Shown here: positions 33,674-44,054 of the stretch, piece after piece
Layout of the letters: every line of letters begins with the position of its first letter
Numbering within the stretch: position 1 is the stretch's first letter
DNA from: an uncultured Alphaproteobacteria bacterium
Lineage (GTDB): Bacteria; Pseudomonadota; Alphaproteobacteria; Rickettsiales; JALZUV01
Length of the DNA: 64,000 nucleotides
Assembly (NCBI GenBank): GCA_963837025.1
Contig: CAWILT010000002.1
Coordinates: 124,737-188,736, forward strand
Direction of reading: 5' to 3'
Notes under the pieces: model-generated
The model's input: only the letters and a program-made list of their open reading frames with translations
Told to the model about the DNA's origin: nothing
Database searches by the model: none
Made by a program: the position numbers and the translations under genes

Positions 33674-34465
33674 TTACAAAACAGAAATTAAATTTTCATT
33701 AAGATACGGTGTTAATAGTTGTGAGTTTGGCGGGTTGCCTTGGTCGAGTAATTGCATCATCGAAGGGCTTTGCGGTATTTGCGCGAGTAAGGGAACCTCT
33801 AATTCATCCGCCAACATTTGCCCACCGCCACTGCCGAATAGAAAATGTTTGAGGCTTGTAGCATCTTCAAACCAGCTCATATTTTCAATAACACCTAAGA
33901 TAGGGACATTAAGTTTGGTAAACATATCGGCGGCTTTGCGAGCATCATTAACCGCCACCTGTTGGGGTGTGGTCACAATGAGCGCGCCATTTAGCGGCAT
34001 TTGCTGCGCCATTGATAGCTGCACGTCACCCGTGCCGGGCGGAAAATCCACCAGCATTTTGCACGATTGGCCAGCGGGCATCCATTGTGTGCCACGCGCT
34101 AGTTTACTTAAAGCCTTACTCACCATGGGCCCGCGCCATACCGTAGCCACATTTTGCGGCACTAAAAAACCCATTGAATTGCACCGGATACCTGCTGATT
34201 CAAGCGGCTGCATCAACCCGTTTTCAAAATCGGGCTGACCATTTATCCCTAACATTTGCGGAATGGATGGGCCATAAATATCCGCATCTAAAATGGCAAC
34301 CGCTTGCCCTTGCGCCGCCAGTGCATGCGCTAACATGACGGTGGTGGTTGATTTACCCACACCGCCTTTGCCTGAAGCTACCGCGATGATACGATCAACC
34401 CCTACTATCGGCAGATGATTGATAGAGGGAGAAACGCGTGCGTTTTGAGTCGAATTGTCCGACAT
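33674..34465 (-). CDS. mrp: Mrp/ApbC/NBP35-family ATPase (short form)
   Basis: SGKGGVGKST, DADIYGPS, WRGPM, DFPPGTGD, VTTPQ and ENMS motifs. Confidence 0.92.
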   Translation of the reverse strand: MSDNSTQNARVSPSINHLPIVGVDRIIAVASGKGGVGKSTTTVMLAHALAAQGQAVAILDADIYGPSIPQMLGINGQPDFENGLMQPLESAGIRCNSMGFLVPQNVATVWRGPMVSKALSKLARGTQWMPAGQSCKMLVDFPPGTGDVQLSMAQQMPLNGALIVTTPQQVAVNDARKAADMFTKLNVPILGVIENMSWFEDATSLKHFLFGSGGGQMLADELEVPLLAQIPQSPSMMQLLDQGNPPNSQLLTPYLNENLISVL

Positions 34466-34467
34466 GA

Positions 34468-34495
34468 CTTGAACCTATCGTTTGAGGCTCTATAT
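34468..34495 (+). promoter_or_regulatory. RpoH (sigma32)-like promoter upstream of hflKC-degP
   Basis: CTTGAA-N15-TCTATAT resembles the alphaproteobacterial RpoH consensus CTTGAA-N15/16-CCTATAT. Confidence 0.55.
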
Positions 34496-34534
34496 ATAGG
34501 GAAACTTAAAGCCTAAACACAAGTAGGAACATCT

Positions 34535-35620
34535 ATGGTAAATCAACAAGGCCCTTGGGGTCGTCCAAATCCGGGAAGCTCAGGCGGCGGCGGTAAGCGC
34601 CCTCCCCCTCCTGCAAATGATTTTGATGAGATGTTTCGTCGTGGCCAAGATAAATTTAAAGGCATGTTCAATAATGATGGCGGCCAAACCGATCAAGGCA
34701 AAGTGCTTGCTATCGCGTTTTTCGCTATTGTTGTACTATGGTTAGCCTCTGGCTTTTATCGTGTCGGTGCTGATGAACAGGGCATTGTTTTACGCTTTGG
34801 TAAATATGTGGATAGTACAGGCCCAGGTTTGCATTATCATTTGCCTGCACCGATTGAAACCGCTTTCACGCCTTCGGTTACGACCATTTCTAAGGTCGAA
34901 ATTCGTGGCGATCAGTTTAGCCGCAATGAGAATAACCGCATGCTGGCGGGCGATTTAAATTTAGTGGATATTAATTTCGATGTGCAGTGGAAGATTAATC
35001 CGCTACGCACGGCAGATTTCTTGTTTAATATTCGCAATCCGGTTGAAACTATTCGGCCTGTTGCTGAATCAGTCATGCGTGAAGTGATTGGACAAATGCC
35101 GCTGGAATATATTATTGACAAAGGCCAAGCTGAGATTGCTGAGCGCAGCGCGCAAACCATTCAAGATGTGCTTGATAGCTATAAGTCAGGCATATCTGTA
35201 GTGGGGGTCAACTTACGTAAACCTGACGTTCCCGATGAAGTGATTGACTCATACCAAGATGTGAAAAAAGCTGAGCAGGATTTGGAAACTGAAGTGAGTA
35301 AAGCCAACCGCTATCGCAACCAAATTATTCCTGTTGCAAAGGGTAAGGCCGCCCAAATGGAGCAGCAAGCACTAGCCTATAAAGCAGAAAAAATTGCTGA
35401 ATCTGAAGGTCAAGCATCGCGCTTTATGTTGGTTTATAATGAATATAAGCAAGCAAAAGATGTCACGCGTAAACGGATGTATCTTGAAACAATGGAGAAG
35501 GTCATGAAAGATATGCCTAAAGTGATTATTGATAAAAAGTCATCCGGTGGCGTGTTGCCTTACCTGCCTTTACCTGAAATTAAAAACCGAGCGACAACTA
35601 AACAAGAGGATAAATCATGA
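34535..35620 (+). CDS. hflK: FtsH modulator HflK
   Basis: GPWG N-terminus, SPFH domain, VTRKRMYLETME and GVLPYLPL motifs. Confidence 0.96.
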   Translation: MVNQQGPWGRPNPGSSGGGGKRPPPPANDFDEMFRRGQDKFKGMFNNDGGQTDQGKVLAIAFFAIVVLWLASGFYRVGADEQGIVLRFGKYVDSTGPGLHYHLPAPIETAFTPSVTTISKVEIRGDQFSRNENNRMLAGDLNLVDINFDVQWKINPLRTADFLFNIRNPVETIRPVAESVMREVIGQMPLEYIIDKGQAEIAERSAQTIQDVLDSYKSGISVVGVNLRKPDVPDEVIDSYQDVKKAEQDLETEVSKANRYRNQIIPVAKGKAAQMEQQALAYKAEKIAESEGQASRFMLVYNEYKQAKDVTRKRMYLETMEKVMKDMPKVIIDKKSSGGVLPYLPLPEIKNRATTKQEDKS

Positions 35621-36570
35621 AAAAGACCCCCCTCTTATTAACTATCGCGGCAATTGGCATTATTACGTTACTGCAATCGGCTTTCATTGTGAACCAAACC
35701 GAGCAGGTTTTAGTGTTGCAATTTGGTAAGCCAATCCGCACTGTTCAAAATCCTGGTCTTTATTTCAAAACGCCCTTTATTCAAGATTTAACGCGCTATG
35801 ATAACCGTATTTTGGAATTTAATGCGCAGCCTGAAGAAATTAACATGGTTGATGAAAAGCGCGGTATTCAAGAGCGTGTCGTCGTCGATGCTTTTGTTAA
35901 ATATGTGATTACCAACCCGCTTTTATTTTATCAATCCGTGCGTAATGAACAAAATTTGAATGAACAATTACGCTCTATCGTGTTTTCGTCCGTGCGTGAA
36001 ATATTAGGTAAACAAGGCTTGCGCGATTTATTATCGGAGCAGCGTGTGAGCATCATGCGCAATATTCGAAACGAAGTGAATCGACGTTTGCTGCGCTCTG
36101 CACGTGAAACCGTAGCATCAGGCGCAGTCTTGGGGGCTGGCTTAAATAATGCGGCCATTATAAAGGAAGCGGCTGAGCGCGGCTTTGGCATTGATGTGGT
36201 AGATGTGCGCATTAACCGCGCTGATTTACCCGTTGAGATTTCACAATCTACTTTTAATCGTATGCGCGCTAATTTTGCTGAAGAAGCCCAAAAATTTCGC
36301 AGCCAAGGCCAAGAAGAGGCATTAAAGGTTACTTCCTCTGCAGATCGCGAGCGTTCTGAAATCATTGCAGAAGCAAATACAAAAGCGCAAACTATTCGAG
36401 GTGAAGGTGAAGGACAAGCAACCAAAATTTTTGCGGATGCATTTGGCCAAGATACCGGATTTTTTGAATTTTATCGTTCGCTAGAAGCTTATGAAAATTC
36501 TATCGGTAGCGATGATACGACACTTATTCTTTCACCTGATAGCGATTTTCTTAAACATTTGGAGCAATAA
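35617..36570 (+). CDS. hflC: FtsH modulator HflC
   Basis: PGLYFKTPF, FGIDVVDVRINRADLP, FYRSLEAY and LSPDSDFL motifs. Confidence 0.96.
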   Translation: MKKTPLLLTIAAIGIITLLQSAFIVNQTEQVLVLQFGKPIRTVQNPGLYFKTPFIQDLTRYDNRILEFNAQPEEINMVDEKRGIQERVVVDAFVKYVITNPLLFYQSVRNEQNLNEQLRSIVFSSVREILGKQGLRDLLSEQRVSIMRNIRNEVNRRLLRSARETVASGAVLGAGLNNAAIIKEAAERGFGIDVVDVRINRADLPVEISQSTFNRMRANFAEEAQKFRSQGQEEALKVTSSADRERSEIIAEANTKAQTIRGEGEGQATKIFADAFGQDTGFFEFYRSLEAYENSIGSDDTTLILSPDSDFLKHLEQ

Positions 36571-36576
36571 TTGAAC

Positions 36577-38046
36577 ATGATATTCTCGCGCCTAACGACA
36601 CTATTTTTAGTTTTTAGTTTAGCATTCTCCACCATGGCTACAGCACGTAGCGCACCGGAGAGTTTTGCACCGTTAGTTGAAAAGCTGATTCCAGCCGTAG
36701 TGAATATTTCCACCACGCAAAAGTTAAAAACCAAAGCAGGCGAGCCCGGTGGAGCGGTTCCTTTCATGTTCCAACTGCCAGAAGACCCACAGTTTGACCC
36801 TTTCCGCCAATTTTTTGATGAGTTAGAAAAAAATCGCGGTGGTGTGGAAGCACCCGAACGCGAAGTAACCTCGTTAGGATCGGGGTTTGTCATTGACTCA
36901 TCGGGCTATGTGGTAACGAATAATCATGTGATTGCCGAAGCCGATGAAGTGTCCGTTATCTTCTCAGACGATACCAGTTTAAAAGCGGAAATTGTAGGCC
37001 GCGATCCCAAAACAGATTTGGCTTTATTGAAAGTAGAAAGCGATAAACCTTTATCTTATGTTACTTTTGGCGATTCAGACAAAAGTCGCGTGGGTGATTG
37101 GATAGTCGCCATTGGTAATCCGTTTGGCTTAGGTGGCACGGTAACCGCGGGCATCATATCCGCCCGTTCGCGCAGTATTACCGCTGGCCCTTTTGAAGAT
37201 TTTTTACAAACTGATGCCGCGATCAACCGAGGCAATTCAGGCGGGCCGCTCTTTAACCTTCGCGGCGAAGTAGTTGGTATTAATACTGCTATCTTTTCAC
37301 CATCAGGCGGCAATGTTGGCATTGGTTTTGCTGTGCCTTCAGCTATTGCTAAACCCATATTAGGCCAGTTACGCCAGCATGGTCGAACTTATCGCGGTTG
37401 GTTGGGTGTGAAGATTCAGGAAGTGACGCCCGAGATTGCTTCGGCAGTGGGGTTAGATAAAGCCGATGGTGCGCTGGTGCTCGAGATAACTGAAAACTCA
37501 CCTGCAGCCAAGTCCACTCTCAAATCGGGTGATGTAATAATCGCGTTTGATGGCCAGCCCGTTACGGCCATGAAAAAACTACCGCGTATTGTGGCTGATA
37601 CGAAGATAGGAAAATCGGTTGAAGTAGAATTTTGGCGCGAAGGTAAGCGACTCTCAACCAAAGTTGTTTTGGGCGAGCTTGATGAGGGCAACAGCCTAGC
37701 GCAGATTGAGCCGAAGAAAACCAAATCTGAAATTCCTCAACAAGTGAAAACTAAAATGGTGGCGGGCGTGGAATTTGCCACTATTGACACCGTATTGCGC
37801 CGCAAGTTTCGCCTACCCGATCAAATGAGCGGAGTATTAATTGTGGATATTAAGCAAGGTTCAAAGGCCGCAAAGCAAAATATTCGTGTAGGAGATATCG
37901 TCGTACAGGTAAACGGCGCCGATGTTGAAACGCTCGAATCGCTCGAAAAAGCGCTTGCCAAGGCAAGAGCCGCCGGGCGTGACTATGCGTTGGTTAAGTT
38001 ATTGCGCGATAAAAGCGAGCTGTTTACAACGCTGCCCTCAAACTAA
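36577..38046 (+). CDS. degP: DegP/Do-family periplasmic serine protease
   Basis: Signal peptide, SLGSGF, TNNHV, DLAL, QTDAAINRGNSGGPL and two PDZ domains. Confidence 0.95.
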   Translation: MIFSRLTTLFLVFSLAFSTMATARSAPESFAPLVEKLIPAVVNISTTQKLKTKAGEPGGAVPFMFQLPEDPQFDPFRQFFDELEKNRGGVEAPEREVTSLGSGFVIDSSGYVVTNNHVIAEADEVSVIFSDDTSLKAEIVGRDPKTDLALLKVESDKPLSYVTFGDSDKSRVGDWIVAIGNPFGLGGTVTAGIISARSRSITAGPFEDFLQTDAAINRGNSGGPLFNLRGEVVGINTAIFSPSGGNVGIGFAVPSAIAKPILGQLRQHGRTYRGWLGVKIQEVTPEIASAVGLDKADGALVLEITENSPAAKSTLKSGDVIIAFDGQPVTAMKKLPRIVADTKIGKSVEVEFWREGKRLSTKVVLGELDEGNSLAQIEPKKTKSEIPQQVKTKMVAGVEFATIDTVLRRKFRLPDQMSGVLIVDIKQGSKAAKQNIRVGDIVVQVNGADVETLESLEKALAKARAAGRDYALVKLLRDKSELFTTLPSN

Positions 38047-38053
38047 ACTTTAG

Positions 38054-39106
38054 TTATTGATTGTTAGGCGGAAATTGCCGATTCGCAAACGATGAAATCG
38101 ACTTTAATTGTTGATACGTTTGCTGATGTTTTTGTGTTTGTGCTATGAAATTGGTAATGATGGCTGCTTCTAACCCAAGCTTTTCTGCCTGATAGAACAC
38201 CTGATGCGTAACATATTCATGTTGAGGAGTAATTTTCTCATTCAAATGCCACGCGACCAGCATTAAAGGTTGAGCCTGAGGCGATTTTAATCGCGCCAAC
38301 CGTTCTAGTGCTGCTTGAGCGATATCATCATAAATATTGCCCGCATGGCGCGGCAGTAGCGATGTAATTTCAGGATGCACAGCACAAATACCTAATTCAG
38401 CGTGCCATCGCTCAACGGTGCTCGGTGTAAAAGCCTGATACACGCTAACATCACTCGGTTCAGCCGGAAATAGAGCCTTTCCCATATCATCTGCAGTTTC
38501 GGGTACACATAATAAACCGCGTTTAATATACGGCAATCTATCACGGGCCTCGGCAAGGCTAGTAGTTGAAAAGGAAGATAAAAGGAGATGTTGCGGGTTA
38601 ATCTCACTGATATCAATCGCTTTGCTCACCGCTTCAACCAAACTAATCGGCTGTGTACTTCGGTTATCAGAGGTGCCTTGCGTATCTTTTAGCTCAATAT
38701 TGAGTATTATTGGGGGTGTTTTGGTACGATTGGCTTTGGCAATCAAATCTATAATTTCCGACAAGCGCGGCATGTGGGCATTTACTCTGTGCTGATTCTG
38801 GCGTCCCACTTGCATAGTAAATAGCGTGTTAGCGTCATAATCGCTTACAAAATACTTTTTGGAATCAAATTTACTATGAAACACATGCTGGCGTAAATCA
38901 TTGCTGTGTATTACCATTGGCACGCCATCGCGCGATAATACCACATCCACTTCAATCAAACCGACATTCTGGTGCATGGCTTCCATCACCGATGCAATGG
39001 TGTTCTCGGGCGATTTCTCAAAATATTCATCTGTGCTTAGGGCGATGCTATCCGTTTCGCCATTGCCGCGATGGCCGCCTATCAGCGTGGGTTTTAGTGG
39101 GTGCAT
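38054..39106 (-). CDS. Glycerophosphodiester phosphodiesterase (GDPD)-family protein, diverged
   Basis: GHRG, PENT, IEVDVVLSRDGVPMVIH, NIELK and SSF motifs. Confidence 0.8.
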   Translation of the reverse strand: MHPLKPTLIGGHRGNGETDSIALSTDEYFEKSPENTIASVMEAMHQNVGLIEVDVVLSRDGVPMVIHSNDLRQHVFHSKFDSKKYFVSDYDANTLFTMQVGRQNQHRVNAHMPRLSEIIDLIAKANRTKTPPIILNIELKDTQGTSDNRSTQPISLVEAVSKAIDISEINPQHLLLSSFSTTSLAEARDRLPYIKRGLLCVPETADDMGKALFPAEPSDVSVYQAFTPSTVERWHAELGICAVHPEITSLLPRHAGNIYDDIAQAALERLARLKSPQAQPLMLVAWHLNEKITPQHEYVTHQVFYQAEKLGLEAAIITNFIAQTQKHQQTYQQLKSISSFANRQFPPNNQ

Positions 39107-39187
39107 TGATCACTTTTAGCAGGTAAATGACACATGCTCGACTATTTTAAACTTAGCAAACGCTTTAAACTGTTTTATGTTACTGCC

Positions 39188-40969
39188 ATGCGATTGCTTT
39201 TATCCTTTTTACTCTTTGTTTATTTACCGTTTGTGGCGCAAGCCAGCGCTTGGCAAAGCTCGCTCGTATTATTTGGCAAAGCAAAATATAATGCTAATTT
39301 CAAACATTTTGACTATGTGAACCCTCAAGCGCCTAAGGGCGGTTCGGCTAAAATGGCGACGCCGGCAAGCTTCGATAGTGTGAACGGTTTCATTATGAAA
39401 GGTGTTAAAGCCCCCGGCTTAAACCTGCTTTATGATTCGCTCATGGTGGGGTCATTAGATGAGCCGCAAAGCTATTATCCACTTGTCGCCACTGCCTACC
39501 GCACGGATGATGCCAAACAATGGATTGAGTTTGAGTTAAACCCAAAGGCTCGCTGGCATGATGGCAAACCCATTACGCCTGAAGATATCGTGTGGACGCT
39601 TAACTCACTCAAAACCAAAGGCGATCCTGTATATCGGTTTAGCTACCAGCCTTTAGAAAAAGCTGAGAAAACGGGCACAAATCGCGTGAAATTCACATTT
39701 GCTCAAGGTAATAATCGTGAAGCGCCGATTTTGGCTGCCACCATGCCCATTCTGCCGAAACATTTTTATGAAAAGGTCGAATTTGACAAAACCTCACTAA
39801 CCGAGCCTTTAGGCTCAGGCCCTTATGAAGTCGCTTCAATTGATGTGGGTCGAGCGATCACTTATTCGCGCGTGAAAGATTACTGGGCGCGTGCATTGCC
39901 GGTTAATGTGGGGCATTATAACATTGATAAATTGCGTTACGATGTTTATCGCGATGCCACCGTGCAGCTTGAGGCGCTTAAAGCCAACGCTTTTGATATT
40001 CACCGCGAATATATCTCGCGCAATTGGGCCACGGCTTATAACAGCCCTACCATTGATGAAGGGCGTTTGATTAAAACCGAAATTGAAGATGCTTCACCGC
40101 AAGGTATGCAGGCGTTTTTTTTCAATTTACGCAAATTTCCGTTTAATGATCGCGCAATTCGCCGCGCGATTGCCGCCACCATGGATTTTGAATGGACGAA
40201 TAAGAACCTGTTTTATGGTGCCTATCAGCGTAATCAAAGTTTTTTTGGCTCAACCGATTTCTCAGCGGCAAATTCCCTACCCTCAGAAGCTGAACTTAAG
40301 CTGCTAGAGCCATTTAAACCAAGCCTGCCACCCGAAGTTTTTACCCAAATTTCACAAAGCAAACAAACAGATGGCAGTGGTCAGAATCGCGAGCTTTTGC
40401 TAACCGCTCAAGCGCTGCTTGATGAGGCAGGCTATAAAATTGAAAATGGCAAACGCGTTAACCCCCTCACGGGTGAACCGCTAACGGTGGAATTTATGCT
40501 TAATCAGCCCACCATGCAGCGCGTTATTTTGCCCATGCTTAAGGGGCTAAAAAAACTCGGTATTGAAGGCAGAGTGCGTATCGTTGATGATGCGCAATAT
40601 CAACGTCGTATCGAAACACAAGACTTTGATATCGTATCTAATTGGATAAATATGGGAGTGGTCTTTCCGGGAACCGAGCAATTTAACTATTGGCATTCCA
40701 GTCAGGCTGATGTTGAAGGCAGCAACAACCTTTCAGGCTTAAAAAGCGAAGCGGCCGATGCGATGATTAAAGCCATTACCCAAGCCACCACGCTGGAGGA
40801 GCTAACCGCAGCCTCGCGCGCACTGGATCGCATTTTGTTGTGGAAACAAGTGGTAATTCCCCATTGGCACAGTGCCAGCTTTCGTATGGCTTTCTGGGAT
40901 AAATTTGGTCGTCCTAAAATCCAACCTAAATACGGGCTAGGCTTTGATACCTGGTGGATAAAATCCTAA
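39188..40969 (+). CDS. YejA-like extracellular solute-binding protein (family 5)
   Basis: HFDYVNPQAPKGG, ARWHDGKPIT, PLGSGPY, FFNLR and RALDRIL motifs; signal peptide from ATG 39188. Confidence 0.9.
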   Translation: MRLLLSFLLFVYLPFVAQASAWQSSLVLFGKAKYNANFKHFDYVNPQAPKGGSAKMATPASFDSVNGFIMKGVKAPGLNLLYDSLMVGSLDEPQSYYPLVATAYRTDDAKQWIEFELNPKARWHDGKPITPEDIVWTLNSLKTKGDPVYRFSYQPLEKAEKTGTNRVKFTFAQGNNREAPILAATMPILPKHFYEKVEFDKTSLTEPLGSGPYEVASIDVGRAITYSRVKDYWARALPVNVGHYNIDKLRYDVYRDATVQLEALKANAFDIHREYISRNWATAYNSPTIDEGRLIKTEIEDASPQGMQAFFFNLRKFPFNDRAIRRAIAATMDFEWTNKNLFYGAYQRNQSFFGSTDFSAANSLPSEAELKLLEPFKPSLPPEVFTQISQSKQTDGSGQNRELLLTAQALLDEAGYKIENGKRVNPLTGEPLTVEFMLNQPTMQRVILPMLKGLKKLGIEGRVRIVDDAQYQRRIETQDFDIVSNWINMGVVFPGTEQFNYWHSSQADVEGSNNLSGLKSEAADAMIKAITQATTLEELTAASRALDRILLWKQVVIPHWHSASFRMAFWDKFGRPKIQPKYGLGFDTWWIKS

Positions 40970-41022
40970 TGATGCACGAAAATTTTGCTTGTATCTTTAA
41001 CCCGTTACGCCATATCTAACAG

Positions 41023-41466
41023 ATGGATGCTAATCTTTATTACCTGATTAAATCGCTTCATATCATCAGTTTTACGGCGTGGATGGCGGGGTTATTTTAT
41101 CTACCACGGCTTTTTGTATATCATGTAAGCGCTGCTAAAGGTGGCGAGCTTTCAGAAGCGCTTAAAATAATGGAGCATCGCCTGCTGCGCTACATTATGA
41201 ACCCCGCCATGATAGCTACTTTCATTTTTGGTATTTGGTTAGTGGTGATTACCGGCATAGGCGGCCCCGGCACGGGTGGCTGGATTCATGTGAAAATCCT
41301 TCTCGTATTGTTATTAGCGAGTTTTCATGGCGCGTGCTCGGCATGGCGCAAGCGCTTTGCAACGGATGCGAATGAAAAAAGTGAGAAATTCTTTCGCATT
41401 GCCAATGAAGTGCCAACGCTGGCTTTGATTGCCATCGTATTTTTAGCGATATTCAAACCGTTTTAA
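41023..41466 (+). CDS. hemJ: Protoporphyrinogen oxidase HemJ
   Basis: KSLHIIS..WMAGLFYLPRLFVYH, IMNPAM, NEVPT and KPF motifs. Confidence 0.96.
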   Translation: MDANLYYLIKSLHIISFTAWMAGLFYLPRLFVYHVSAAKGGELSEALKIMEHRLLRYIMNPAMIATFIFGIWLVVITGIGGPGTGGWIHVKILLVLLLASFHGACSAWRKRFATDANEKSEKFFRIANEVPTLALIAIVFLAIFKPF

Positions 41467-41569
41467 GGCTATGACTCTGAGCTCACTTGACTTAGCGGCG
41501 ATTTTACACTAATTATCAGGATATTGAGCGCATTCGCAGCTCCCTCTCCATATTTCAAAGGCCATTTCC

Positions 41570-42841
41570 ATGTCAGCAAGCATTAAAGAACTCAAACGCA
41601 AATCTCCGGATGAATTGCTCAAACTAGCAGAAGAAAATCACGTCGAAGATGCCTCTGGCATGCTGAAACAAGAGCAGATTTTTGCTATTTTAAAGGCGAT
41701 GGCTGAAGCGGGTAACACGGTAGTAGGCGAAGGTGTAGTTGAGCTGTTGCAAGATGGGTTCGGCTTTTTGCGCTCCAGCCAATCTAATTATCTTGCGGGC
41801 CCTGATGATATTTATATCTCGCCACAGCAAATCAAACAATTTGGTCTGCGCACTGGCGATACCGTTGAGGGCGAGCTACGTTCACCACGCAATAATGAAC
41901 GCTATTTCGCGATGGATAACATCACTGCTATTAATTATGACCCACCCGAAATGGCGCGTAAAAAGGCGACTTTTGATAATTTAACACCGCTTTATCCTGA
42001 TCAGCGGATTCGTTTAGAAGTTGAACCGAAAGAAATTGTGAAAAAGCCCGATCTTTCGATGCGCGTTGCCGATTTGGTTTCACCGCAAGGTAAAGGCCAA
42101 CGTACCCTAATCGTTGCACCACCACGCACCGGTAAAACCGTATTGCTGCAAAATATTGCCCATTCGATTACGGCGAATCATCCTGAATGCTACCTTATTG
42201 TGCTATTGATTGATGAACGCCCTGAAGAAGTAACCGATATGGATCGCTCGGTGCAGGGCGAAGTGGTCTCCTCTACCTTTGATGAGCCCGCTCACCGCCA
42301 TGTAGCGCTGGCCGAAATGGTCATTGAAAAGGCAAAACGCTTAGTTGAGCATAAGAAGGATGTTGTAATTTTGCTGGATTCCATCACTCGCTTGGGCCGT
42401 GCTTATAATACGGTTGTGCCAAGCTCAGGCAAAGTATTGACGGGTGGTGTAGATGCCAATGCTTTACAGCGCCCTAAACGCTTTTTCGGCGCGGCGCGTA
42501 ACATCGAAAATGGTGGCTCGCTTAGCATTATCGCCACCGCATTGATTGAAACGGGCAGCCGCATGGATGAGGTTATTTTTGAGGAATTCAAAGGAACCGG
42601 TAATTCTGAGCTCGTGTTAGATCGTAAATTATCTGATAAGCGCGTTTATCCAGCCATGGATATTGCCAAATCGGGCACGCGTAAAGAAGATTTGCTTTAT
42701 GATAAGGATGAGCTGGCAAAGGTGTGGGTATTGCGTAAAATTCTTAATCCAATGAGCCCATTAGATGCGATGGAGTTTTTAACGGCAAAACTTAAAGATA
42801 CCAAATCGAACGAAGATTTCTTCCATCAAATGAACAGCTAA
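41570..42841 (+). CDS. rho: Transcription termination factor Rho
   Basis: [32 protein letters not shown] and EEFKGTGN motifs. Confidence 0.99.
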   Translation: MSASIKELKRKSPDELLKLAEENHVEDASGMLKQEQIFAILKAMAEAGNTVVGEGVVELLQDGFGFLRSSQSNYLAGPDDIYISPQQIKQFGLRTGDTVEGELRSPRNNERYFAMDNITAINYDPPEMARKKATFDNLTPLYPDQRIRLEVEPKEIVKKPDLSMRVADLVSPQGKGQRTLIVAPPRTGKTVLLQNIAHSITANHPECYLIVLLIDERPEEVTDMDRSVQGEVVSSTFDEPAHRHVALAEMVIEKAKRLVEHKKDVVILLDSITRLGRAYNTVVPSSGKVLTGGVDANALQRPKRFFGAARNIENGGSLSIIATALIETGSRMDEVIFEEFKGTGNSELVLDRKLSDKRVYPAMDIAKSGTRKEDLLYDKDELAKVWVLRKILNPMSPLDAMEFLTAKLKDTKSNEDFFHQMNS

Positions 42842-42852
42842 GCTGTTATCAC

Positions 42853-43773
42853 ATGGATATTGCTTTCGTTTTAATTTTGCAGATGACAGGGCTTTATTTG
42901 TGCATTGGCCTTGGTTATTATGCTGCACGGCATTTAGAGGTACAAGGGCGCGGCATATCAAGCCTTTTATTTTACATTATTGTGCCTTTAGTTTTTATGC
43001 ATGGCATTAGCAAGGTTCAGATTCAGGTACATTATCTATTGTTACCCGCCTGTATTTTTCTGGTTTCCTGCACGTTATGTCTCACTAATTTTGCATTAGC
43101 CAAGCGGGTCTTTACTGGCAAAACGCCCAATATTTTAGCGTTAGCTTCGGGCAATGCGAATATGGGTTATTTTGGCATACCTATCGCCCTGATGTTGTTT
43201 GAGCCCGAATATGTAGGAATCTATATGATGACCATAATTGGCATCATGCTCTATGAAACCACATTAGGCTATTACATTACCACTAAAGGCGATTTCTCAA
43301 CCGCTGAGGCCTTCAAACGCATGCTTAAGCTACCCATGCTGCATGGCGCGTTGATTGGGGTGCTTTTGAGCGTGTTTAACATCGCCATTCCCGAATTTTT
43401 GGAAGGCTTTTTTGTTAATATGCGCGGTGCCTATACCATTTTAGGGATGATGGTAGTGGGTATTGGTTTAGCGGGTGTATCTTCGCTTAAACTGGATTGG
43501 AAATTCACCTCAATGGCATTTGCTGTCAAATTCATTGCATGGCCGCTTGCTGTTGGTGGATTGATATGGCTCGATAAAACCTTGTTCGGATTATTCGACC
43601 AAAATATCTATAACACAACCATCTTGTTATCGGTTATGCCACTAGCGGTTAATTCGGTGATATTCGCTAATTTACTCAATGCCGAGCCAGAAAAAATGGC
43701 CACCGCTGTATTTTTGAGCACATTATTTGCAATGGTTTATGTGCCCATGATGGTGCATCTATTCATTCTTTAG
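42853..43773 (+). CDS. AEC (auxin efflux carrier)-family transporter
   Basis: About 10 TM helices; NMGYFGIP, KFIAWP, MPLAVN and VFLSTL motifs. Confidence 0.88.
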   Translation: MDIAFVLILQMTGLYLCIGLGYYAARHLEVQGRGISSLLFYIIVPLVFMHGISKVQIQVHYLLLPACIFLVSCTLCLTNFALAKRVFTGKTPNILALASGNANMGYFGIPIALMLFEPEYVGIYMMTIIGIMLYETTLGYYITTKGDFSTAEAFKRMLKLPMLHGALIGVLLSVFNIAIPEFLEGFFVNMRGAYTILGMMVVGIGLAGVSSLKLDWKFTSMAFAVKFIAWPLAVGGLIWLDKTLFGLFDQNIYNTTILLSVMPLAVNSVIFANLLNAEPEKMATAVFLSTLFAMVYVPMMVHLFIL

Positions 43774-43937
43774 CGTTTAGATTTGAGCTTCTCAAGCCGC
43801 TTTTTAAACTCTTCACGCGTTAGCGTAAGCGGTGAGCTATCGTTACGGCGCGGCGGCTGATTAGGCTTTGAAGTGCTGCGCATAAAACTCATGCGCAAAA
43901 TGTCGCGCTTTTGGCGCTCGGTTAAATTCATATTCAT
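43770..43937 (-). CDS. Small basic hypothetical protein (55 aa)
   Basis: ATG 43937 preceded by GGGAA; MNMNLTERQKRDILRMSF...EEFKKRLEKLKSKR. Confidence 0.5.
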   Translation of the reverse strand: MNMNLTERQKRDILRMSFMRSTSKPNQPPRRNDSSPLTLTREEFKKRLEKLKSKR

Positions 43938-44000
43938 TTCGTATTCCCACAGTTTTGATTGCACCTCTTTGGGTGCGTAATCCTACTTTAGACAGCAAAA

Positions 44001-44017
44001 GGTTAATAAATGATTAG
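44001..44017 (-). promoter_or_regulatory. CtrA-box-like site
   Basis: Minus strand CTAA-N7-TTAACC, one mismatch from TTAA-N7-TTAAC, about 65 bp upstream of the 55-aa ORF. Confidence 0.4.
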
Positions 44018-44054
44018 CATGTAGCGTTAAATAATCGCAAAAATGAAATTTTTA

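Noticed and set aside
36085-36180. ~30-aa insertion in HflC
   Set aside because: E. coli HflC has an insertion at the same position, so it is a known variable loop.
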